The notes under the pieces: generated by a model | Database searches by the model: none | What the model was told of the DNA's origin: nothing | What the model saw: the letters and a program-made list of their open reading frames with translations, nothing else | Shown: positions 23,954-37,697 of the stretch, piece after piece | Numbering within the stretch: the stretch's first letter is position 1 | Layout of the letters: the number at the start of each line of letters is the position of its first letter | Program-made: the position numbers and the translations under genes | Assembly: GCA_038087875.1 (NCBI GenBank) | Contig: CM075992.1 | Location: 6,388,001-6,452,000 of the forward strand | Direction: 5' to 3' | DNA length: 64,000 nucleotides | Origin: Malacoraja senta | Taxonomy: Eukaryota

Positions 23954-24319
23954 TCCATTTCAACATTTGTAACTCTGTAAATGTGATCGGCTCCCTGCTC
24001 AGTGGTTATGTTATTCGCATAAAACTGAGGTCGTGCAAATATTTATTGTTCTGCCTGTGACTGGATTTCAAATGTGTATAAATATATTTTTACTTTATTT
24101 TCTAATCACTCATGGGTGTCGTAATCAATCCTTTCGAACCATTTAATAATTAGTTTAGTTTAGAGATACAGAGTGGAAACTGGCCATTCAGCCCACCGAG
24201 TCTGTACCGACCATCGATCACCCGTTTACACTAGTTCTATGTTATCCCACTTCCTCATCCATTCCCTACACACTAGGGGCAATTTACAGAGGGCCAATTA
24301 GCCTACAGACCCGCACGTA

Positions 24320-24793
24320 CCAGACTGATTCCTGGGATGGCAGGACTTTCATATGAAGAAAGACTGGATAGACTCGGCTTGTACTCGCTAGAATTTAGAA
24401 GATTGAGGGGGGATCTTATAGAAACTTACAAAATTCTTAAGGGGTTGGACAGGCTAGATGCAGGAAGATTGTTCCAGATGTTGGGGAAGTCCAGAACAAG
24501 GGGTCACAGTTTAAGGATAAGGGGGAAGTCTTTCAGGACCGAGATGAGAAAAACATTTTTCACACAGAGAGTGGTGAATCTGTGGAATTCTCTGCCACAG
24601 AAGGTAGTTGAGGCCAGTTCATTGGCTATATTTAAGAGGGAGTTAGATGTGGCCCTTGTGGCTAAGGGGATCAGGGGGTATGGAGAGAAGGCAGGTGCAG
24701 GATACTGAGTTGGATGATCAGCCATGATCATATTGAATGGCGGTGCTGGCTCGAAGGGCCGAATGGCCTACTCCTGCACCTATTTTCTATGTC
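24320..24793 (+). mobile_element. CR1 LINE 3' fragment nested in a minus-strand SINE
   Basis: Open frame MAGLSYEERLDRLGLYSLEFRRLRGDLIETYK...VVNLWNSLP; SINE halves at about 24150-24320 and 24790-24910. Confidence 0.9.
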
Positions 24794-25386
24794 TTTGGGA
24801 TGTGGGAGGAAACCCCAGCACCCGGAGGAAACCCACGTGGTCACAGGGAGAACGTGCAATCTCCACACATCTTTGGCGCTGTGAGGCAGCAGCATCCGCT
24901 GCACGTGCCACCCAAATTAGACTTTAGAATTTTAGATTTCAGAGATACAGCGCGGAAACGGGTTGTTCGGCCCACCGAGTCCACGCCGACCAGCGATCAC
25001 CCCATACACTAACACGTTCCTACGCACTAGGGAGGATTTAACAACTTACCGAAGCCAATTAACCTACAACCCTGTATGCCTTTGGAGTGCGGAAGGAAAC
25101 CGGAGCACCCGGAAAAAAAACCCACGCGGTCACAGTGAGAAGGTGCAAACTCCACATAGACAGTCAAGTCAAGTCAACTTTATTTGTCACATACACATAC
25201 AAGATGTGCAGTGAAATGAAAGTGGCGATGCCTGTGGATTGTGCAAAAAACTACAGAACAGAATAGAACAGAACCAGTATTCTTACATAATATAGACAGC
25301 ACTTGAGGTTGGGATTGAACCCTGGTCTCTGGTGCCGTGAGGCAGTAGCTCTACCACTGCACCACTGTGCAGCCCAATTTGTTACA

Positions 25387-25392
25387 AATAAA
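25387..25392 (+). terminator. Candidate poly(A) signal of the NFIL3-like gene
   Basis: First AATAAA I could find below the stop codon, in non-repeat sequence resuming after the SINE/CR1 stack. Confidence 0.35.
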
Positions 25393-26348
25393 AAACTTTC
25401 TAGAAAACTCAGGTGGGAAGCCATTACCCAGTGGAGCAATTACGCGTAAGGAACTTCTGCTTTGATCTCCAAGATGTGTAGGAAGGAACTGCAGATGATG
25501 GTTTTAAATCGAAGATAGACACAAAATGCAGGAGTCACTCAGCGGGACAGGCAGCATCTCTGGACAGAAGGAACGGGTGATATTTCGGGTCGAGACCCTT
25601 CAAACCGAAGAAAGGTCTCGATCAAAAACGTCACCCATTCCTTCTCTCCAGGGATGCTGCCTGTCCCGCTGAGTTACTCCAGCATTTTGTATCTATCTTT
25701 GATCTCCAAGATGACTGCTCCCCCTTCGTGAGTGATCCTCTCATCGGGGAGTGAGATGGGACAGGGCTCTCTGTTAAACAGTTGGATGGCTTGCAGATGA
25801 GAGAACCGCCGAACCAGAACCGAATGAAAGAGTGTGCAATGCCTTCTGAGATGCAGACTTTGTCTGTTACACTAATGATAAACACTACATCAGAACAGTA
25901 CCAATCCTGGTTGGGGAGATGGCATCGGAACATGGCGACTCTTTGCATGCTGGGCCTGAAAGAGGATAGGCTGTTATACATTACACCCTTAAATCTTGAT
26001 TTCATCTTACACTATCTGTGCTATCTTCCACCAAATGTCGTACCCTTTACCCTTTCCATGTACACTGTGGGCAGCTTGATTGTAATCACCTATAGTCTTT
26101 CCTTTGACGATACACACAACAAAAAGCTTTTCACTCCGCCTCGAATCATGTGATAGTAATAAGCGAAACTAAATGATACAGTCTATATATTACTAAAATC
26201 ATCTTGACCACTTCCTGTCTGCGTTGTAATTACATTTACGCAAAAACGATCCCCCATAGCGCTACGATTCTTTGCCACCTGACTCACCATTCTCCTCTGC
26301 TTTGTTCCGATCTGTGAAATTGTACAAACGTTATGAAGGTTTTGAAGG

Positions 26349-26906
26349 TCCCCCCCCGCACACCCCCTTCTCACACCCCCTCCCCAGCATTGCCCTCCCA
26401 ACATCGCCCCTCCCCCTTCCCAACCCCTCCCCCACACACACCCCACCCCTCCCCCACACACACACCCCCCTCCCCCACACTCCCACACTCACCCTCCCAC
26501 ACTCCCCCTCCCCCACACTCCCCCCTCCCCCACACTCCCCCTCCCCCACACACCCCACCTCAACACACACCCTCTCCCACACCCCCCTCCCCCACCCCCA
26601 TCCCCCCACCCCCTCCCCCACACTCATCCTCCCCCACACCCCCATCCCCCCACCCCCTCCCCCACACACACCCTCCCCCACACCCCCACACTCACCCTCC
26701 CCCACACTCCCCCTCCCCCACACACACCCTCCCCCACACACACCCTCCCCCACACTCCTCCTCCCCCACACCCCCACACTCACCCTCCCCCACACCCCCC
26801 TCCCCACACACACCCTCCCCCACACAACCCTCCCCCACACTCCCCACCCCCCCTCCTCAACACCCCCCTCCTCCACACACACACCCCTCCCCCACAACCC
26901 CCCCCT
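26349..26906 (+). repeat. C-rich low-complexity tract (CCCTCCCCCACAC-like units)
   Basis: Dense C runs; the minus strand has many G3-G6 tracts. Confidence 0.9.
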
Positions 26907-28339
26907 TAATTACTTGAATAACATACAGTGCTAGATAAAGCAAGTAAAGTCCGATCAGAGATAGTCCGAGGGTCTCCAATAAACCTTGAAGATACAAACG
27001 AATAGACCATTTTGTAATGGAATAAGTAGTCCTTTAATTATTGATTTTTCTCATATTTTGTTCCATCGATGTCAACCTTGCAGTTAAGGCAACAAATGTT
27101 GGAATGTGCACACATTTCTCAAGGAGCGCGATCTCATCTACTTTGGGAAGGGCATTGAGTACAAAAAGTGAAGGCATCGCGACGCAGCTGTAACAAGCCA
27201 TTGGTGAGAGCACACTTGGAGTACTGCGTGCGCTCTGGGAAGGAGGTCATTAAGTTGGAAAGGGTGCAGTAGAGATTCACCAGGACTTTACCTGAACGCG
27301 GGCTTGAGTTATAGAGACAGGTTGGATAGGCTAGGAATTTTTTCTTCGCAGCACCCGAGATTGAGAGGTGACTTAACTGAGGTATACAAGATCATCTTCT
27401 TCTTCTTGCGTGTGGCGTGCACAGCCTAAAGCTGTAGGTCAGCTTGTTGTATTTGATCTATTTCTTTGTGCACGTCGAGTTGATTGCATTGTGAAACAGG
27501 GTGGACCACGTGAAGGTTGCAATCTCCAACCCCGCACAGGCTCGGACATAACACTGAACTTTACTAGCCAATACTGTTATTTGCACTTTATCAGTATATT
27601 GACCATTGTGTATATATTTATAGAATGCCTTGTAGTAAATGCCTACTATGTTCTGTTGTGCTCAAGCAAAGCAAGAATTTCATTGTCCTACCAGGGACAC
27701 ATGACAATAAACTCACTTGACTTGACTTGAGATCACGAGGGGCACGGATAAAGTGAATGCCCACTGTCTTTGTCCCAGAGGGACCTCGGGGGCAACTTTT
27801 TCACTCCAAGGGTAGTCTGTATCTGGATCAAGATGCTAGAGGAAAAAAATGAAAGCTGATATAATTACGACTTCCAAGATATATTTGGGCAGGTTTTCTA
27901 TGGATAGGTAGGATTTAGAGGGATTATGGGCCAAATGCCAGGCAAATGGGACTAGGTTAGAATGCCAACTTGGTCGGCATGGACAAGGTGGGCTGAAGGG
28001 CCTGGTTCAATACTGCACAGGTAATGCCATTTCGACAAGAAAATCGAAACAAACTGCAGATTCTCAAATTCAAAATAAAACCCAGAAAACATTGGAAACA
28101 CTCAGTAGGTCAGGGCAGCGTCTGTGGGAAGGGAAACAGTGTTATTGTATCTAGTTTAGTTTAGTTTAGTTAAGAGATACAGCGTGGAAACAGGCCCTTC
28201 GGCCCACCGAGTCCACGCCGACCAGCGATCCCCGCACATTAACACTAATCTACACACACTAGGGACAAAAACATTATATTTGGATTAAATCCAATACCTC
28301 CGAGCTCCTCTCGAAGCATTGTAGTAGAATAAGTCACTT

Positions 28340-28905
28340 AGACACAAGATACAAACTGCTGGAGTTACTCAGCGAGTTAGGCAGCACATTTGGGAAAACA
28401 TGGTTAGGTGACGTTTCGGGTCGAGACCTTTCTTCAGATAGATTATAGGAGGGGGAAAAAGCAGGGAGAGAGGTGGGGAATGGGACAAAGCCTGGCAAGC
28501 GACAGGTGGATATGGGTGAGGGCAGTGGGGGGGGGGGGTTGGATGGACAGATGGGTGGATAAAGGCTAGAGATGAAAAGACAAAACTGTCAGATGAGTTG
28601 GGAGGAGGGATGAAATGTGAAGCTAGAGGAAGGAATATAGGTGAAAGAGAACAGGGGGGAGGGGAATGATGGGCGGGATTGTGAGAGAAATGGGTGTGCA
28701 TCCAGATAGGGAACAGGGAACAGAGGTGGGGGAAAGGGAGGGGGTGGGTATGGAGGGTTGTAGGATAGTTAGCTGTATGGAGGACAGAGATGTGTGGTGC
28801 GTCCGTCACCGTGCCCGTCGGAAACCAGCACCACTGCGTCGCTAATGTTTTCAACGATAATAATACTTCAAATTGGAGAGTTCAGTGTTCATATCATTGG
28901 GTTAC
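28340..28905 (-). mobile_element. Penelope-like retroelement 3' end (ORF terminus, UTR, hammerhead-like core)
   Basis: Minus strand 28901-28866 reads PNDMNTELSNLK, resembling the PxGxNxxFSxF ending of Penelope GIY-YIG ORFs (recalled motif); then pyrimidine-rich UTR and CTGAAGAAAGGTCTCGACCCGAAACGTCACC at 28438-28407. Confidence 0.65.
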
Positions 28906-28973
28906 TATTTTAATCCATGTAAATTTTCCACAAATTGCACATATTTTATAAGGTCACATAAGGTTCATAAGGT

Positions 28974-29838
28974 TACATCATCAAGTTCGCTGATGACACC
29001 ACTGTTGTGGGACGTATCACTGATGGGGATGAGTCAGAGTATAGAAGAGAGATCGAGCAACTGTCCATATGGAGCCAGCACAATAACCTGGCCCTCAACA
29101 CCAGCAAAACCAAGGAACTGATTGTGGACTTTGGAAGGAGTAGGATGGGGACCCACAGTCCCGTTTATATCAACGGGTCGATGGTTGAAAGGGTCAAGAG
29201 CTTCAAATTCCTGGGCGTGCACATGTCTGAAGATCTTTCCTGGTCCGAGAACACTGATGCAATTATTAAGAAAGCACATCAGCGCCTCTACTTCCTGAGA
29301 AGATTACGGAGAGTCGGTTTGTCAAGGAGGACTCTCTCTCTAACTTCTACAGGTGCACAGTAGAGAGCATGCTGACCGGTTGCATCGTGGCTTGGTTCAG
29401 CAACTTGAGCGCCCTGGAGAGGAAAAGACTATAAAAAGTAGTAAACACTGCCCAGTCCATCATCAGCTCTGACTCCCTTACATCGAGGGGATCTACCACA
29501 GTCCCTGCCTCAAAAAGGCTGGCAGCATCATCAAGGACCCACACCATCCTGGCCACACACTCATCTCCCTACTACCTTCAGGTAGAAGGTACAGGAGCCT
29601 GAAGACTGCAACGACCAGGTTCAGGAACAGCTACGTCCCCACAGCCATCAGGCTATTAAACCTGGCTCGGACATAACACTGAACTTTATTAGCCTATACT
29701 GTTATTTGCACTTTATCAGTATATTGATTCATGTGTGTATATATTTATAGAATGCCTTGTAGTCAATGCCTACTATGTTCTGTTGTGCTGAAGCAAAGCA
29801 AGAATTTCATTGTCCTATCAGTGACACATGACAATAAA
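28974..29838 (+). mobile_element. Rex1/Babar-type LINE 3' half
   Basis: KFADDTTVVGRITDGDESEYRREIEQL...NNLALNTSKTKELIVDF...KKAHQRLYFLRRL; frameshift near 29340. Confidence 0.85.
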
Positions 29839-30170
29839 CTCTCTTGAATCTTGAACTTGAGGTGTGTTTTCTCGGGACCTATAGACCTGCATCATGCCAT
29901 CCTGACTCTTATACTCAATGTCCTGACCGATGAAGGCATAGATACCGAACAATTTCTTGGCCACTTTATCTACTTGTGTGGGAACATTCAGGGAGTTCTC
30001 AAGTTTATAATTCATTCCATAATTCATGCAGGTTTGCAGGTTAACTGGCCTCTGTAAATTGTCCCTAGTGTGCAGGATAAAATGTGTACAGGTGATCGCT
30101 GGTCGGCATGGACTGGGTGGGCCGAAGGTCCTGTTTCCACGCTGTATCTCGAAACTAAAACTCAACTAAG

Positions 30171-30826
30171 AGTTCAAGAGAGTTTATTGTCATGTGTCCC
30201 TGATAGGACAATGAAACTCTTGCTTTGCTTCAGCACAACAGAACATAGTAGGCATGAATACAGAACAGATCAGTGTGTCCATATACCATTGTATAAATAT
30301 ATACACACATGAATAAATAAACTGATAAAGTGCAAATAAACAGATTATTGGCTATTAATGTTCAGAGTTTTGTCCGAGCCAAGTTTAATAGCCTGATGGC
30401 TGTGGGGAAGTAGCTATTCCTGAACCTGGTCGTTGCAGTCTTCAGGCTCCTGTACCTTCTACCTGAAGGTAGTGGGGAGATGAGTGTGTGGCCAGGATGG
30501 TGTGGGTCCTTGATGATGCTGCCAGCCTTTTTGAGGCAGCGACTGCGATAGATCCCCTCGATGGAAGGGAGGTCAGAGCCGATGATGGACTGGGCAGTGT
30601 TTACTACTTTTTGTAGTCTTTTCCGCTCCAGGGCGCTCAAGTTGCCGAACCAAGCCACGATGCAACCGGTCAGCATGCTCTCTACTGTGCACCTGTAGAA
30701 GTTAGAGAGAGTCCTCCTTGACAAACCGACTCTCCGTAATCTTCTCAGGAAGTAGAGGCGCTGATGTGCTTTCTTTATGAATGCATCAGTGTTCTCGGAC
30801 CAGGAAAGATCTTCAGAGAAATGCAC
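30171..30826 (-). mobile_element. Rex1/Babar-type LINE 3' fragment, inverted relative to 28974-29838
   Basis: SEDLSWSENTDAFIKKAHQRLYFLRRL...RNSYFPTAIRLLN, near-identical to the adjacent plus-strand copy. Confidence 0.85.
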
Positions 30827-31374
30827 GATGATATAGGAGCAGAATTAGGCCATTCGGCCCATCAAGTCTGCTCTGCCATTCGATCACCCGATTCTCCTGC
30901 CCCCTTTCTTGTATGGGTCTGGGACTTGCATAAGCTTACTATCCAGTCTGTACATAACTGGATAGTAAGCGATTAGCTCAATGGGACTCTGGCATGCAGC
31001 CAACAGCAGGTGTATCTATGGCCAGTACCTCACTTCACCAGAAGAGGGAGCCCACACATCAGCCAGCAGTGACTACAGTCTTTCCAAGGCTGATCTTCTC
31101 TCCAGAGATGCTGCCTGTCCCGCTGAGTTACTCTAGCAGTTTGTGTCAATCTTCGGTGTAAACCAGCATCTGCAGTTCCTTCCGACACAAACTGCTTTTC
31201 ATCTTCGATGCTGAACCAACATTACGAAATGTACAAAACCTTGCTTCACAGGCTGTAATATTCACCTGGGGCATTCTAGTGATGACTTCAGAACTGGGGC
31301 AGTCTTTAAAGGAGATGTGCAGAGCATTTGTTAGGTTGGACAGAGTTCAGAGACTCTGTCAGAGGGAGAGTTCA

Positions 31375-31890
31375 TAAGATATGAGCAGAATTTGGCCCAT
31401 CGGATCTACTCTACCATTCAATCATGGCTGATCTGTCTTTCCCTCTCAACCCCATTCTCCTGCATTCTCCCCATAACCCCTGACACCCGTACTAATCAAG
31501 AATCTGTCAATCTCCACCTTAAAAATATCCATTGACTTGGCCTCCACAGCAGTCTGTGGCAATGAATTCCACAGATTCACCACCCTCTGACTAAAGAAAT
31601 TCCTCCTCATCTCCTTCCTAAAGGTACGTCCTTTTATTCAAAGTCTGTGGCCTCTAGTTCTAGACTCTCCCACTAATGGAAACATCCTCTCCACATCCAC
31701 TCTATCCAGGCCTTTCGCTATTCGGTAAGTTTCAATGAGGTCCCCCCCACCTCCCCCTCATTCTTCTAAACTCCAGCGAGTGCAGGCCCAGTGCAGTCAA
31801 ACGCTCATCATATGTTAACCCACTCATTCCTGGGATCATTCACGTAAACCTCCTCTGGACCCTCTCCAGAGCCAGCACATCCTTCCTCAG
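31375..31890 (-). mobile_element. CR1 LINE 3' fragment
   Basis: Reverse complement closely resembles 11690-12185. Confidence 0.8.
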
Positions 31891-33548
31891 AGGGGCGGCA
31901 CTAAAAGAATTCTTTAGCCAAAGGGTGGTGAATTGTAAATTGTCCCTGGAGTCTGTGGGATAGTGTTAGTGTGCAGGGATCGCTGGTCGGCGCGGACTGG
32001 ATGCTGTATCTATAAACTAAACTAAGCTAAACTAAACAGAGGCGGATGGAGCAGAGCTGATCTGGATTTAACTCATGCCCCACTGACACTAGTCCAGCCT
32101 ACATTATATCAGCTGTTGAAGGAGTGGAACCAGTATCTTTAATAGGGATTGTGAAATAGTTAGGTATTTAAGATTTTCAAGAAGGAACTGCAGATGCTGG
32201 AGAATCGAAGGTAGACAAAATTGCTGGAGAAACTCAGCGGGTGGGGCAGCATCTATGGAGCAAGGGAAAGAGGCAATGTTTCAGGCCAAAACCCTTCTTC
32301 AGGTATTTAAGATCAATTGTTGTGGTGGTGGGTTTGTATGTATTGTTTTGTATTGTACATATCATTTTTGTAAATGATTGATAAAAATTATTTTTGTTAA
32401 ACAAAAAAGTAGTGGAATCAACACAGATTCAAGGACCACCAACAGCAGAAGCTCTGATCAAACTAGTAACAGCCACCACTCACTCAAACGCACTATAGAA
32501 ACATACTGTACGAATACACTTCACTCTTGCTTTAACGGAGCTCTTAAGAATGGGTTTTGGTTGTAGCGGACTGACCTACCGGCGTTGCCCATGCCGTCCC
32601 TGGATCGCAGCGATTCCAGGCCGGACTTTCTGTCGCCACCGCCGGCCCACATAGCTTCCCTGGCCACTACCAACCCACGCCTGCCAACCCCACACCTGCC
32701 AACCCCACGCCACCACCGACCCTCACCCGCACTCCGGTCGCCCGCGGGCCGCGACCATCGACTCCACCGATCCTCGCCTCTCCCCCCCGGCCACCAGCAG
32801 TCCGGGTACCCCCGACCGAGAGTCTGAAGAAGGGTCTCGACCTGAAACTTCACCTGTCCATGTTCTCCGGAAATGCTGCCTGACCAGCTGAGTGACTCCA
32901 GCACTCTGTGTCCTTTTGTGTTTTCACCAGCAACTGCAGCTGTTTATTTCTACCACTTAAACACAATGATAATCCCTCACTCTGTTATAGCGGACAACCG
33001 GCAATAACAGACACCGCTATGGCCCGTTATAACAAGGGCTTGCTGTATGGAAACAAGGAACTGCTGGTTTACCCAAAATAAGACACAAAGTGCTGGAGTA
33101 ATTCAGTGGGTCAGGCAGCAACCATGGAGAACATGGACAGGTGGCATTCAGGCCAGAACCCTCTTTTTAAAAATATACACTGCCCATTTGTGGGAAAGGA
33201 TTGCTCGTGGAATGGCCAGCACTTGCTTCCTCAGTATTTTATGGGATTGCTAGGAATCATAAGGTCGCAATTCAAGAGACTTTGGGATCCAAGCCCAACG
33301 CTCCATGAAGGTGGGAATACAAGTAGATAAAGTGGTAATGAAAGTGTACGGTATGTTTCCCATCATCAATCAAGGGCATTGCACATAAGAGTCAGGAAAT
33401 CGCACTGCAGCTTTGTAGGCCTTTAGTTGGGACGCAGTTGGAGTATTGCGTGCAGTTCTGGTCGTTCCCATTACAAGAAGGATGTGGAGGCTTTGGAGAG
33501 GGTGCAGAAGAGGATTACCAGAATGCTGCCTGCATTAGAGGGTGTTGT

Positions 33549-33925
33549 GGGCCCGTCCCACTTAGGCTATTTTTAGGCGACTGCCATAGTCGTAGCAGGT
33601 CGCCGAAAAGACGGCGACTGGACCCCCCCTTCGACTTAGAATTTGAAATAGAATCGTTACTTTAACAACAAAACAAAATGAAGTCAGCACTGGCGACAAC
33701 CCACGTTAACCTGGCGACAACCCACGTTAACCTGGCGACAACCTACGACAACATCTACGTCAGGAGAAGTCAAGCTACGCTCATTGGCGTCAAACCCACT
33801 GTCACTGACTGTCTGAAAAATGTTCAACATGTTGAAAATCCAGCGGCGTGCAGAAAGACGCTACGACTCTTTGGGCGACTGAGGAGACGACTCGCCTAAA
33901 AAATCGCCTAAGTGGGACAGGCCCT
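33549..33925. mobile_element. PIF/Harbinger-like MITE (family copy 2) inside a CR1 fragment
   Basis: GGGCCCGTCCCACTTAGGC...GCCTAAGTGGGACAGGCCCT|TAA; internal 21-bp tandem CTGGCGACAACCCACGTTAAC. Confidence 0.8.
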
Positions 33926-34990
33926 TAAGCTCTTTGGGCAAACTTGGATTGTTTTTTCTGGAATTTGAGGAATTTTCTTCGGAGAATTGAAAAATGGAGG
34001 GGAGACCTAATAGAAGTATATAAAATGATGAGAGGCATAGATAGGGTAGACAGTCAGAACCTTATTCACAGGGTGGAAATGTCAAAGACTAGAGGACCTA
34101 GGTCGGAGGGGGAAAGTTTAAAGGAGATGAACAGGGCAAGTATTTTTACACAGAGAGTGGTGGGTGCCAGGGGTAGTGGTGGAGGTAGATACAATAATGG
34201 ATTGTGGAGGCTTTTCGATCGGTGCATAAGAATGCAGCACGCTGTTCTTTGGGTTTTAGATTTTAGTTTTTAGTTTAGAGATGCAGCGTGGAAACAGGCC
34301 CTTCGGCCCATCGATTCCACGCTGACCAGCGATCCCTGCACACTATCCTACACACACTAGGGACAATTTACCAAACCAATTAACCTACAAAACTGCACGT
34401 CTTTGAAGTGTGGCAGGAAACCGTAGATCACACAGGTCACGGGGAGAACGTGCAAACTCCGTACAGACAGCGCCCGTAGTCGGGATGGAACCCGGGTCTC
34501 TGGCGCTGCATTCGCTGTAAGGCAACAACTCTACCGCTGCACCACCGGGACTGTAATTATAATTATGATTATATGTGTCAAAGTCTTCCGAGATATACAC
34601 TATTACATATTCAACACATCTAATTTCCCGATATATGCCTCACCCAATATTACAACCATTGTTGCATGATCTATAAATAGGTCTATTTACTGTTTTCCTG
34701 CCCTTTGTTATTTCTTGATGACCCAGATTAATCTCATTCTACTTTCTATTATATAACAAACATTCTCACAACTGATCAGAACTTCTTCCATATCACCAGA
34801 GCCACGGTGGCGCAGCGGGTAGAGTTGCTGCTTTACAACGCTTACAGCGCCAGAGACCCAGGTTCCATCCCGACTCCGGGTGCTTGTCTGTACGGAGTTT
34901 GCACCTTCTCCCCGTGACCTCCGAGATCTACGGTTTCCTGCCACACTTCAAGGACGTGCAGTTTTGTAGGTTAATTGGTTTGGTAAATTG

Positions 34991-36275
34991 ATTTAAATCT
35001 TTTTATTTGAATTTCACAGCAATTTGCATACATACAATAATAACAGACAGTAACAGTCAAGGCATAATATTGTACAACAGTATGTAAGCGATCCTCAAAA
35101 CCCTTACCCTTACCCACCTTCAACCCACCCAAGTCAGGTCGGAGCCAAACGGGGACAAACAACACTCACATACATACACATCCACACACAAATGGTAGAA
35201 TAAACAAAACAAAATGTGCTATATAAAAATAAAGGGGAAAAAAAAAAAAAAAAAAAACGTAAAAAAGAAAAAGAAACAAAATATATATATACACACACAC
35301 ACATATATATTTAAATAAATAATTGTGGGGAGGGGGGGATTAAGGGAAAAGCAGCTGCTGCAGAACAAAACGATGATGGAGGACACTCAGTCCTCTTCCG
35401 AGTCCGGGGACAAGTTAAGAGAGTTAACCAGTTCAAAGAAAGGGTTCCATGTATCTAGGAATGTCTTGGTAGAACTTTTGAGAGAGAACCTGAGTTTTTC
35501 AAGTTTCAGATTGTAAAGCACCTCCTTAATCCAACGGGCGTGTGTCGGGGGACAGGTAAGCCTCCAACTAAGCAAAATCAGTCTCCGGGCTAGCAAGGTT
35601 GTAAAAGCTAGGACCCGTTTCACCGCAACAGAGAGGTTGGTGTTGTGGGGGGTACCGAAAATGGCTGACATTGGATTTGGAAGAATAGTCTGGTCGTAGG
35701 CTCTGCTTATCAATTCGAAAACACTCCTCCAAAAGGCTGTTAGCTTAGGGCAAGACCAAAACATATGGCTATGGTTGGCGGGAGATTGATTACATCTGTT
35801 ACAGGTGTCATTAACAGCGGGGTACATTCTAGATAATCTTGCATTTGTGTAGTGGACTTTGTAAAGGACTTTGCATTGGATTAGGCCATGACGAGCACAT
35901 ATTGAGGAAGAATGGATCAAATCCAAGGCAGAGTCCCATTGCTGGTCTGTTAATTGCGTATTCAGCTCTCCCTCCCACGCAGCTTTTAATGAGGTATGAG
36001 GTTTCAATATAACCGACCCTAGCAAATTATACAAAATAGAGATGCATTTCTTCCGGTTGGGTCTAAAGCTAAGATGGTATCGGTCAGGGTTTCAGGGGGG
36101 CGATTTGGGAAATAGGGGAATGTCTTCATTCACAAAATCCCTAATCTGGAAAAACCGAAAAAGGTGGGAGTTTGGGAGGTTGTAGTTGGACGAGAGCTCC
36201 GCGAAAGATGAGAAGATGCCATCCTTGTATAGGTTTTTGATACTACTGATGCCATTGCTATGCCAGGTTTTAAAT
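34991..36275 (-). mobile_element. L1 3' fragment (family 1)
   Basis: ORF2 C-terminus with zinc knuckle CNRCNQSPANHSHMFWSC (ORF 35387-36034) and 3'UTR. Confidence 0.85.
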
Positions 36276-36752
36276 GCAGCACGCTGTTCTTTTGGTTTTA
36301 GATTTTAGTTTTTAGTTTAGAGATGCAGCGTGGAAACAGGCCCTTCGGCCCATCGATGCCACGCTGACCAGCGATCCCTGCACACTATCCTACACACACT
36401 AGGGACAATTTACCAAACCAATTAACCTACAAAACTGCACGTCTTTGAAGTGTGGCAGAAAACCGTAGATCACACAGGTCACGGGGAGAACGTGCAAACT
36501 CCGTACAGACAGCGCCCGTAGTTGGGATCGAACCCGGGTCTCTGGCGCTGCATTCGCTGTAAGGCAGCAACTCTACCGCTGCACCACCGGGACTGTAATT
36601 ATGATTATGATTATGTCAGAGTCTTCCGAGATATACACTATTACGTATTCAACACATCTAATTTCCCGATATATGCCTCACCCAATATTACAACCATTGT
36701 TGCATGATCTATAAATAGGTCTATTTACTGTTTTCCTGCCCTTTCTTATTTC

Positions 36753-37697
36753 TTTTTTTTTTTTTTTTAATTTTTATTTATTAGAAGTACATTACATCAC
36801 AGCCACATACATTAATACTCGTCATTTATATCTTCTTACAATTAATGTACTCCCTTTATTTATTTTTTTACACTAAAGAAAGAAAAGATTGAAAGAGAGA
36901 AGAAAGTGAAGGAAAAAGTGCAAGTGTAGAAAAGTGTAGAAAATGTAACAACAAAAAAGGACGAAGACCCTATGAGAGCGAAATTAAAAACAAAAAGAAA
37001 AAGAGTTAAGAAATAGGCCCTAAGAAAAGAAAAGAGAAAGAGAAAAAAAGAAAAACAAATGTTTTTTTTTGAGCATCACGTAAATAGGACATACCAACTC
37101 TTCAACTATCATCCCCCCTTACCCGACCTCAATTTTTTATTTTTTTAAAGTACTTTTGCACCCTATGTTTGTAATAATTCTATAAATGCAGACCACGTCA
37201 GGTGGAAGTGATCTGGTTTACCTGCTAGGAGGAGTCTTATCTCTTCAAGGTGTAGTGTTTCAAACATATTTGAAATCCACATATTTATAGTTGGTATTGG
37301 AGCCTTCTTCCAAAATTTTAGAATTAGCTTTTTTCCAGTTATTAACCCATAATCCATTAATTTCTTTTGAAACACATTTAGTTCTGGATCATCTTCCGTT
37401 ATTCCGAAGATAATCCATTCTGCTTTGGGTATCAGTCTTGTTTTAAATAACTTTGTAAAGATTTCAAAAATTTCATTCCAAAATTTTTGAATTTTTGTAC
37501 AGAAGACAAATGAGTGCGCTATAGTTGCTTCTTGGGATTGACATTTATCACAAATAGATGATACGTTTGGGAAAATTTTATGAATTTTAGTTTTCGAATA
37601 ATATAATCTATGTAAAATTTTAAATTGTATTAAAGTGTGTCTTACATTAATCGAGCATTTATGTACTTTTAATAAGTATTCATTCCAACTTTCCTTT
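36753..37697 (-). mobile_element. L1 3' fragment (family 2)
   Basis: Poly-T at about 36753; FQKKLMDYGLITGKKLILKFWKK...ETLHLEEIR is nearly identical to the L1 at 42109-44677. Confidence 0.9.
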
